From Anaerolineae bacterium (GTDB taxonomy: Bacteria; Chloroflexota; Anaerolineae; UBA1429), in assembly GCA_963675785.1 (NCBI GenBank), contig OY776562.1:2848001-2912000 (forward strand): DNA of 64,000 nucleotides, written 5' to 3'. A program made the position numbers and the translations under genes. A model generated the notes under the pieces. That model worked only from the letters and a program-made list of their open reading frames with translations. It did not search any database and was not told the DNA's origin. How positions within the stretch are numbered: the stretch's first letter is position 1; every line of letters starts with the position of its first letter. Shown here piece by piece: positions 1 through 7,438 of the stretch.

Positions 1-182
1 ATGGTAATCTCGATCCCCTAACGCCCTCCGCTGGTTTGGACAAGCTGGAGGCCCTCCTTGGCGAGCTCTATTGCAGCTTGAATGCTGCTGATAACTGGCA
101 TATGCAGCGCTACGAAACGGGCCACTATGAAACAATGCATGCCCGTTTCCTCATCCTCAAGTTCCTTCGAGAGAAACTATAA
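1..182 (+). CDS. 3' end of an alpha/beta hydrolase (dienelactone hydrolase/esterase-like), partial
   Basis: Manual translation from nt 3 gives GNLDPLTP...RYETGHYETMHARFLILKFLREKL*, stop TAA 180-182; Asp and His motifs typical of an alpha/beta-hydrolase C-terminus. Confidence 0.55.
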   Translation, partial: GNLDPLTPSAGLDKLEALLGELYCSLNAADNWHMQRYETGHYETMHARFLILKFLREKL

Positions 183-203
183 TTTTGTATCTCCTCAAAA
201 ACT

Positions 204-222
204 AGAACATTTGTGTTATAAT
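204..222 (+). promoter_or_regulatory. Extended -10 promoter overlapped by a putative LexA (SOS) box
   Basis: TG-T-TATAAT at 214-222; AGAAC-ATTT-GTGT at 204-216 resembles Gram-positive/Chloroflexi GAAC-N4-GTTC. Confidence 0.55.
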
Positions 223-265
223 AATCGTCCGGTTGTTTCGCGTCACAAGTTTTGAATGGAGATGC

Positions 266-3097
266 ATGGATCGTATCTATGTCGCCCTCGATCTAGAGAT
301 GACAGGGCTTGATCCTCGCAAAGATGATATTATTGAGATTGGCCTGGTTCAATTTCGCAATACAGAAATCATCGAAGAGTTTACAAGCCTCGTCCATCCT
401 AGAATGCCCATACCGCTTAAAATCGAGCAGATCGTAGGCATCAGTCAGAGCGAAGTTGATACTGCCCCCAATTTTCGTTCGTTAATGGGGCAGATTCTGC
501 GCATCTGTCGAGACCACCCTATTGTTGCTCACAGTGTTTCTATGGACATGCGTTTTATGCAGCGCGCTGGTATGCTTGTTAATAATTTGCCCGTCGATAC
601 CTTTGAACTGGCTAGCATTGTCCTTCCAGGAATTGGGCGCTATTCCCTCGAAAGCATTTCAGAGAAATTGGGCGTATCCCTCAACCAGGCGCATCGAGCC
701 CTTCCCGATGCCCGGGCGACGATGCAGGTGTTTTTGCAGCTTCTGGACCAAGCCCGCAACTGGGACACTCTTCTCATCGAAGAGATCGCCCGTGTTACTA
801 TGGGAAGCTCTTGGCCACTTGCCCACGTTTTCAACGATTTAGCCGAAGAACGGCGTAGCCATTCACTTTTTGCTACAACTACTCGTCAATCCCAGGCAGC
901 AGAACGTTTTGCAGCAGAAGCGCTAGGCCCAGCGTTGGAACCCCACGAGCACATCACGCCACCCGATCCAGAACAGGTGCAAGAGCTATTGGGCCCAGAA
1001 GGGCCCTTTGCGCATGCTCTGGCAGCTTATGAAAACCGACCACAGCAGCTCGATATGGCCAAGGCCGTTTCTGAAGCTTTCGGCATTCCCACTCACTTGC
1101 TGGTAGAAGCCGGTACAGGCGTGGGTAAATCCCTGGCTTATCTAGTTCCGGCAGCGCTCTTGGCTTCTCAAAATGATATTAGGGTCGTTATCTCTTCCAA
1201 CACAATCAACCTCCAGGATCAGCTCTTTGCCAAAGATATTCCTGATGTCCGCGAGACGCTAGGGATTCCCTTCCGTGCGGCTATTCTCAAAGGACGCGCC
1301 AATTATTTGTGCCGCCGGCGGCTCGACACCCTCCGTAACGGACACCAAATCAATCCTGAACAAACAGGAGGCCTGGTAAAAATTTTGGCCTGGGATCATA
1401 TCACTACAACTGGCGACCGCGCTGAGTTAATCCTCGTCGATGAAGAGCAAACTCTTTGGCAACAAGTACAATCAACACCTGAAACCTGCCTTGCTGATAG
1501 CTGCCCCTACCAACGGCAGGGACGGTGTTTCTTTAATCAGGCTCGCACAAAGGCAGAACGAGCTCATATCCTTGTTGTCAACCATGCTCTCTTGCTACTT
1601 GATTTGGTGATGGACAATCGATTGCTACCACAATATGACTATGTGGTCATCGATGAGGCCCACCATCTCGAAGCAGCAGCTACCGATCAATTTGGCCTAC
1701 AAATCGCCCAACGCGATGTGCTTGGTTTTCTGACAAGCGTTTATTACGAAAGCGGAGGGCTTCCAGGAGGCCTTCTCTCGCGCATCCCTGTCGTCTACCA
1801 GCACCCGAGCGTCTCCAAGGAACATCAAGCCGCGGCTACAAAGTTGATCGATACCATCACAGAAGCCGTACAAGCAGCCCAAAAGAGAACTTTTGACCTG
1901 TTCAACACACTGCAAGCATTTACCAACGAACAGGCCGAGGTCATTCAAGGGCGAGCGGGTTTTGAAAGAAACATTCCTCTCACCAACGGACAGCGCGTTC
2001 AGCCCTCTTGGTCGGCCATCGAAATCACCTGGGAAGAGCTTTCCATCCCTATGCGGCGCATCACCAAAGGGCTAGAAGAACTGAACTCTGACATCGAAGA
2101 GATGGACATTACCGAGGTTCCCGAGATGGATGAGTTACTTCAGCTCTTAAAGATCACTGTTATGCGCGGTAACGAGATTCTTGTTGGCATGGAACACGTT
2201 CTGCTCTCGCCAGAAGATAACGATGTTACTTGGATCGCCATCGGTAGGGAAGAGGGTGAAATATCACTCTGTGATGCGCCCCTCCATGTGGGGCAGCTCC
2301 TTCGCGAAAAGTTATTTGAACAAAAGGCCTCGGTGGTACTTACCTCGGCTACTTTGCAAACAAACAACAGCTTTCGCTACATCGAAGAACGCATTGGTCT
2401 TGATGAACCGATCGAGTTGGCGCTAGATTCGCCCTTTGATTACGAACACGCTGTACTGCTTTATGTCCCCAAAAACATCCCTGAACCGAATGAACCCAAC
2501 TACCAACACACAGTAGAAGAGGCTCTGATTGAGCTGTGTGAGGCAACTGAAGGGCGCACGCTGGTACTTTTTACCTCTAATAGCCAGTTGCGACGCACCT
2601 ATGAAAGCATCCAATCACCTTTAGAAGAACGCGGGATTGTTGTGTATGGGCAGAACTTTGACGGTTCGCGACGTCAGGTGCTAGATCATTTCAAGAGCAC
2701 AGAGAGAGCTGTGCTACTGGGAACACGCAGTTTTTGGGAGGGCGTAGACATCGTCGGAGAAGACCTGACCTGCCTGGTCATTGCCCGACTGCCTTTTTCT
2801 GTGCCCACCGAACCCGTATTCGCCGCGCGATCCCAAACCTTTGAAGATCCTTTTAACCAATTCTACCTACCAGAAGCCATCCTTAGGTTCCGACAAGGCT
2901 TTGGACGCCTGATTCGCAGCAACACCGATTACGGCTTTGTCTGCGTGCTCGACAAAAGAATCCTGACAAAATCCTACGGCAAGATGATGCTGCAATCCAT
3001 ACCCAAGTGTACCGCCAGAATGGGGCCACTATCCTCCCTGGCGGACTTGGCCAAGAGGTGGCTCGATCCCAGAAACCGAGCCAGATTAGAGTCATAA
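266..3097 (+). CDS. dinG: DnaQ-like 3'-5' exonuclease fused to DinG-family Fe-S helicase
   Basis: DEDDh motifs DLEMTG and HRALPDA; Walker A AGTGVGKS; DEAH; four Fe-S Cys (YLC, CLADSC, GRC); QGFGRLIR. ATG 266 preferred over TTG 233. Confidence 0.93.
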   Translation: MDRIYVALDLEMTGLDPRKDDIIEIGLVQFRNTEIIEEFTSLVHPRMPIPLKIEQIVGISQSEVDTAPNFRSLMGQILRICRDHPIVAHSVSMDMRFMQRAGMLVNNLPVDTFELASIVLPGIGRYSLESISEKLGVSLNQAHRALPDARATMQVFLQLLDQARNWDTLLIEEIARVTMGSSWPLAHVFNDLAEERRSHSLFATTTRQSQAAERFAAEALGPALEPHEHITPPDPEQVQELLGPEGPFAHALAAYENRPQQLDMAKAVSEAFGIPTHLLVEAGTGVGKSLAYLVPAALLASQNDIRVVISSNTINLQDQLFAKDIPDVRETLGIPFRAAILKGRANYLCRRRLDTLRNGHQINPEQTGGLVKILAWDHITTTGDRAELILVDEEQTLWQQVQSTPETCLADSCPYQRQGRCFFNQARTKAERAHILVVNHALLLLDLVMDNRLLPQYDYVVIDEAHHLEAAATDQFGLQIAQRDVLGFLTSVYYESGGLPGGLLSRIPVVYQHPSVSKEHQAAATKLIDTITEAVQAAQKRTFDLFNTLQAFTNEQAEVIQGRAGFERNIPLTNGQRVQPSWSAIEITWEELSIPMRRITKGLEELNSDIEEMDITEVPEMDELLQLLKITVMRGNEILVGMEHVLLSPEDNDVTWIAIGREEGEISLCDAPLHVGQLLREKLFEQKASVVLTSATLQTNNSFRYIEERIGLDEPIELALDSPFDYEHAVLLYVPKNIPEPNEPNYQHTVEEALIELCEATEGRTLVLFTSNSQLRRTYESIQSPLEERGIVVYGQNFDGSRRQVLDHFKSTERAVLLGTRSFWEGVDIVGEDLTCLVIARLPFSVPTEPVFAARSQTFEDPFNQFYLPEAILRFRQGFGRLIRSNTDYGFVCVLDKRILTKSYGKMMLQSIPKCTARMGPLSSLADLAKRWLDPRNRARLES

Positions 3098-3167
3098 CCT
3101 TGGAGAAACGACGCCTAGTGCCTATAATTGATTGGATTATGTTGTGTACTCGCTTAAGGAGCGCTAG

Positions 3168-3725
3168 ATGATCTCTGTAACCGAAATGCGCAAGGGCGTA
3201 ACCTGTGAAATCGACGGTCAACTCTGGAAAGTGCTCGAATACGACCACTACAAGCCAGGGAGAGGCTCTGCCGTGATTCGCACAAAACTTCGCAACCTGC
3301 GCACTGGAGCCACTGTCAACCGAACGTTCATCTCTGGAGAGAAAATCCAGGATGTTCGGCTTGACCATCGCACTGTTCAATATATGTACAATGACGGCGA
3401 GATGTATTATTTTATGGACTTGGAAACCTACGAGCAGCCCGCAATCAATAAAAGTTTACTCGAAGACGTTATCCCTTACATGAAAGAAGGGACCACTCTC
3501 GATTTGGAAACCTACGAGAATGAGCCCATCGACATCGAAGTGCCCATGACCGTCGAACTGCTTGTAACAGATGCTCCACCAGGATATGCCGGCGATACGG
3601 CAACAGGTGCCACGAAAGATGTCACCACGGAGACGGGCTATGTCGTCAAGGTGCCTCTTTTTATCAAAGAGAATGATGTCATTCGTATCGATACCCGAAC
3701 CGGTGAGTATCTCACAAGGGTTTAG
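3168..3725 (+). CDS. efp: Elongation factor P (Arg32 type)
   Basis: KPGRG loop, YYFMDLETYEQ, GDTATG..K, VPLFI, DTRTGEYLTRV; RBS AAGGAG. Confidence 0.97.
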   Translation: MISVTEMRKGVTCEIDGQLWKVLEYDHYKPGRGSAVIRTKLRNLRTGATVNRTFISGEKIQDVRLDHRTVQYMYNDGEMYYFMDLETYEQPAINKSLLEDVIPYMKEGTTLDLETYENEPIDIEVPMTVELLVTDAPPGYAGDTATGATKDVTTETGYVVKVPLFIKENDVIRIDTRTGEYLTRV

Positions 3726-3749
3726 GTTGTGGTTATTTATCCACAAGGG

Positions 3750-3791
3750 AAGAGGGTCCGAGTCAATTATTGGCTTGGACCCTCTTTTTTT
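3750..3791 (+). terminator. Intrinsic terminator of efp, overlapping the pcm 3' end
   Basis: AAGAGGGTCCGAGTCAA / TTGGCTTGGACCCTCTT stem followed by a T run. Confidence 0.75.
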
Positions 3792-4420
3792 CGTAGCATC
3801 GGGACAAAGACTACACCTGAAACATTTCTCTTGTTGATCAGGCCTTTTTTCTTTTCTATTTTCAACAGACGCTGAATCCTTCCAGGCTCGCCAACAGGAA
3901 GAATCATAATTCCCGGATCACCAAGTTGCTTTAGCAAAGGCGGAGGAACGTGGTCGGGTGCACAAGTTACAATAATACGGTCGAACGGTGCTTCTTTAGG
4001 AATGCCCTCATAGCCATCCCCCTCTACAAAGTGCACATTTTCTGTCAGTCCATGTTTTCTTAGTGCCTCTATGGCTTGCAACTGCATCTCTTTCCAGAAC
4101 TCGATAGTCCAGACCTCTGCACCCAGAAAAGCAAGTATAGCCGTTTGATATCCGGAACCTGTGCCAATCTCTAATATTTTGTTATCAGGTTGAACGCCAA
4201 GTAACATTGTCATCAACGCCACAATATAGGGCTGCGAGATCGTTTGCCCCAAGCCAATAGATATCGGGGAATCCTCATAAGACTGAGAGCGTTTTGCAAG
4301 AGGAACGAAAAGAGAACGATCGATGAAACGAAAGGCTTTTAGCAAGGATTCATCTTGAATACCTCGCGAAGAAAACTGCTGCTCGATTTGATTTTCTGTG
4401 AACCCCTGAAGGTACTTCAT
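3767..4420 (-). CDS. pcm: Protein-L-isoaspartate O-methyltransferase
   Basis: IGLGQTISQPYIVA, LEIGTGSGYQTA, APFDRIIVT, VFVPM motifs. Confidence 0.96.
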   Translation of the reverse strand: MKYLQGFTENQIEQQFSSRGIQDESLLKAFRFIDRSLFVPLAKRSQSYEDSPISIGLGQTISQPYIVALMTMLLGVQPDNKILEIGTGSGYQTAILAFLGAEVWTIEFWKEMQLQAIEALRKHGLTENVHFVEGDGYEGIPKEAPFDRIIVTCAPDHVPPPLLKQLGDPGIMILPVGEPGRIQRLLKIEKKKGLINKRNVSGVVFVPMLRKKEGPSQ

Positions 4421-4870
4421 AACATACCATCTTTTAGAAGACTATTTATACACATATCTTATCTATAATATATATCTTTTATAGTAGCCGTAGTAGAGCC
4501 TGTGGATTTGTGGGTAAGAAGAAACAAAGCACAAGCTGTGGATAACGGACGTAAGATCAGGGGCTATCTTGTGGAACTACATCCACAAGGTCTGTGGATA
4601 ACTTTTCCACAAGTGAAAGAAGCTATTTTCTTATGAAGAGGAGCAAGAAGATCCTTCGAAGGAATCAATCCCGTATACAGTACCTTGCTCAAAAATACTA
4701 CTATATATGGAGCTTCTCTGAAGCGTGTCGCTATAGGATGATGTAGGGTTATTAAAGGGTATGCACAGGCAAGGAGAGGTTATCCACATTGAAGGATACT
4801 TATCCACAGGCTATTTGTGGATAAGTAAAAGAGGGGTGGTTTTATCCACCCCTCTTTTTTCAGCAAGATT
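4421..4870. other. oriC: Chromosomal replication origin oriC (DnaA-box cluster, DnaA-trios, AT-rich DUE)
   Basis: DnaA boxes at 4446-4454 (TTATACACA), 4537-4545, 4593-4601 and 4816-4824 (TGTGGATAA), 4603-4611 (TTTTCCACA), 4780-4788 and 4800-4808 (TTATCCACA); degenerate boxes at 4501-4517, 4579-4587, 4759-4767, 4842-4850; TAG trios 4482-4496; AT-rich 4441-4481. Confidence 0.88.
4827..4860. terminator. Bidirectional intrinsic terminator shielding oriC from the cps-like operon
   Basis: AAAAGAGGGGTGG-TTTTAT-CCACCCCTCTTTTTT. Confidence 0.8.
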
Positions 4871-4874
4871 CAGT

Positions 4875-5534
4875 CTAGTAATTCGAGATTGTCATGTCAG
4901 TTTCGGAGTTGCAGAGTACTGCGCCCAACAGGTTGGCACGTGCTTTATGCAGTTGATCTGCAGCGTGCTGTACCTGATCTCGTTTGGTCTTTCGGGCAGT
5001 GACCACCAACAGGCAGGCATCTACTCGTGTGGCCAGCAGAGAAGCATCTGTGGCTACCAACACTGGCGGCGCGTTAAAGATGACGATATCACATTGAGAA
5101 GTAAGAGCTTTAATAACTTGCTCCATGCGTTTGCTGCTGAGAATATCAGCGGGACGCGTGGACGCTTGCCCTGCTGATATAACGCGCAGATTATCGACGG
5201 CAGTCCATTGAAGAGGGGGATCTTCCATGGTTTCTTCTTCTAGAACCATGTTGGATAAACCCTTTTCGTTAGGCAATCCCAAGAGCTCATGGATTGAGGG
5301 TCTACGCAGATCGGCATCTACGAGAATGACCTGTTGATCTACCTGGGCAAGAGTTATGGCCAGATTCGTCAAAGTTGTTTCCTTGTTATCATCAATATCT
5401 GGTGAGGTGATGAGTAAGGAATGGATCGGCGCATCCAAAGATGCAAATTGAAGGTTCATGCGTAGTGAGCGAAAAGCCTCACTTGCAGGAGAATATGGAT
5501 CCGAAAGAACAACGAGTCTCTTGAGGTCTGTCAC
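4875..5534 (-). CDS. CpsD/CapB-family BY-kinase domain protein with degenerate Walker motifs
   Basis: SPASEAFRSLRMNL, VDADLRRP, LLGAVL; Walker A reads TSPDIDDNKETT and Walker B reads IVIFNAPP. GTG 5534 after GGAGG preferred as start. Confidence 0.88.
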   Translation of the reverse strand: MTDLKRLVVLSDPYSPASEAFRSLRMNLQFASLDAPIHSLLITSPDIDDNKETTLTNLAITLAQVDQQVILVDADLRRPSIHELLGLPNEKGLSNMVLEEETMEDPPLQWTAVDNLRVISAGQASTRPADILSSKRMEQVIKALTSQCDIVIFNAPPVLVATDASLLATRVDACLLVVTARKTKRDQVQHAADQLHKARANLLGAVLCNSETDMTISNY

Positions 5535-5564
5535 TGATAAGCCTCCATGCAAAGGTTCTGGCAT

Positions 5565-6242
5565 TTAATCTGTTTCATTGTCGTGATTACCGGATGCTGG
5601 TATCGCCCCCAAGACGGCGATATCGAGACCTGTTTCCAGATCCTTTACATCTCGAATGGTATCAGATTCAAGCCATTCGAGGATGACAACGACGACGAAT
5701 CCTGCCAATAGGCCGAGGATAGCCCCTGCCAACGTGTTGATCTTCCACTTGGGCTTGAATAGAGTTCCGGGTTCGGCAGAATCACGAATAGTTACTTGAA
5801 CGCGGTCTGATTCGTCCTGATCCAACATGACGACTTCGATATATTCGACAAAAACTTCTGCCGTGGTTTGGGCGATAGAGCTAGCCAACTCTGGACTGTA
5901 ATCGTCGGCATCGATCTGGATGAGATAATCCTCTTCGATGGGGCTAACCGAAAGCTGCGAAATGAGTTCATCCGTCGTAACATCGAGTTCCAGGCGGTCG
6001 ATAACTTCAGAAGCTGTGGTTTTGGACATAATTTGCCCGGCATAGTTTCTCATAAGGCTCTTGATACTTTGAGTAAGGCCTAGGTCTAAGCGGGCAGGGA
6101 TGACGTTCAAGTAGATGGTCGATCGGTAAATGGGGGTACGCAGTTGGCTAAAAGCAAATGCTCCTGCCGCTGCAATCACCATAACGATGACAATGATCCA
6201 TATCCGTTTGGAAAAAATACGAAAATAATCTTTGATCTGCAT
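5565..6242 (-). CDS. Wzz/CpsC/CapA-family polysaccharide co-polymerase (kinase modulator)
   Basis: N-terminal TM followed by P.YRST, C-terminal TM, ESDTIRDVKDLE..L.IAVLGAIP activator tail. Confidence 0.88.
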   Translation of the reverse strand: MQIKDYFRIFSKRIWIIVIVMVIAAAGAFAFSQLRTPIYRSTIYLNVIPARLDLGLTQSIKSLMRNYAGQIMSKTTASEVIDRLELDVTTDELISQLSVSPIEEDYLIQIDADDYSPELASSIAQTTAEVFVEYIEVVMLDQDESDRVQVTIRDSAEPGTLFKPKWKINTLAGAILGLLAGFVVVVILEWLESDTIRDVKDLETGLDIAVLGAIPASGNHDNETD

Positions 6243-6312
6243 AGATTCCTCTCAAAGGCACTTGCTTTAGAGATTATAACATGCTGCTACAGGTTCCCAA
6301 ACACACCTGTGT

Positions 6313-6999
6313 TTAACGGTTAAAAGTTTTTTTGCCCGGCACTGTGGCTAATACCGGAATTCCCAGTTCTTCCAAATCCCTTGCGCCTCGCACCGAGTTA
6401 TCCAGATAGTCGAGCAGGAATTCGAGCAGAATGCCGACTGCAAAGGCGAGAAAAAGGCGAATTGGAAGGTCTAGCCTATCACGCAAAGATTCTCCGACGA
6501 GCGTTGGGTGGGGTGAATCGATGACAGAGATGACAGCCTGATCTGTACCGAGTTGCTCAAAATAAGTTTCTGCATTTGTGGTTAGAATCTCAACCACAGC
6601 ATCGGCGATGGACTGTAATTGTTGAGCATCAGACCAGGTAATATTCACAGATAGAATGCGATGAAGCTTTCCGGATGAAGTGGAACCCTGGATGGCGCTA
6701 GTTTGAACCGCGACGCCAGAACGTTCAGCAACATCATTGGCAAAACTCTCGCTTTTGACGACTTCGGAGAGATCATCGATCAAGTATTCTGAGGTTAGCC
6801 ACGTGTAGTACCGATCATAGCCATAGACATCATCCGGGAGAGTTTCAGGCTCTATACCCACGACAAAACGCATGCTCGCAGAGTAGATGGGGGAAGCGGG
6901 CTGCTTTAGCATGAAATACGAAGCAACAACGACGATTAGCAAGACAAGTGTAATCCAGGCTCGGCGTTTGATGATTTGCCAATAACGGCGCAAGAGCAT
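6313..6999 (-). CDS. Second Wzz/CpsC/CapA-family protein
   Basis: Two TMs, PIYSAS, LDNSVRGARDLEELGIPVLATVP tail. Confidence 0.85.
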   Translation of the reverse strand: MLLRRYWQIIKRRAWITLVLLIVVVASYFMLKQPASPIYSASMRFVVGIEPETLPDDVYGYDRYYTWLTSEYLIDDLSEVVKSESFANDVAERSGVAVQTSAIQGSTSSGKLHRILSVNITWSDAQQLQSIADAVVEILTTNAETYFEQLGTDQAVISVIDSPHPTLVGESLRDRLDLPIRLFLAFAVGILLEFLLDYLDNSVRGARDLEELGIPVLATVPGKKTFNR

Positions 7000-7015
7000 C
7001 TGTGTTCCCCCGAAT

Positions 7016-7393
7016 TTAGTTAGCTAATATAGCCCAGAGATGCGGACCAAATACAAAAAGACCTATCCCCACAGAGGAAATCGCGGCGACTAGGACTGCA
7101 CCAGCTGCTACATCCTTTGCCTGTTGTGCCAGTGGATGCCGTTGAAGAATCATCAGATCGACAATTCTCTCTGCCACCGTATTGAGCATCTCACCGACAA
7201 AAACGAGCGTGATGGCCACAATGATCATTGCCCACTCGATTGTAGAGAGACCAAGGATTGAGCCTAGAGCGATGGCACCAACTGCTGCCGCGACGTCTAT
7301 CCTTGCGTTGCGCTCTGTTTTGAACACATGAGCAAGGCCTTGAGTTGCACATTGGAGGCTCTGGCGAAAGCTTGTATTGGCACTATTCTTCAT
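7016..7393 (-). CDS. dgkA: Diacylglycerol/undecaprenol kinase
   Basis: ERNARI, EMLNTVAE, AKDVAAGAVL motifs; 3 TMs. Confidence 0.92.
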   Translation of the reverse strand: MKNSANTSFRQSLQCATQGLAHVFKTERNARIDVAAAVGAIALGSILGLSTIEWAMIIVAITLVFVGEMLNTVAERIVDLMILQRHPLAQQAKDVAAGAVLVAAISSVGIGLFVFGPHLWAILAN

Positions 7394-7438
7394 GCGCCAC
7401 CTCTTTGTTTAGACGCACGACGGACTTGATGGTTCCAT

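Noticed and set aside
4698-4740. NrdR-box-like CTACTATATATGGAG in oriC
   Set aside because: Only the core matches, the second box is poor, and the AT-rich context makes a chance match likely
4761-5177. 138-aa plus-strand ORF starting inside oriC
   Set aside because: It overlaps DnaA boxes and a terminator and is antisense to the BY-kinase gene; no recognisable motifs
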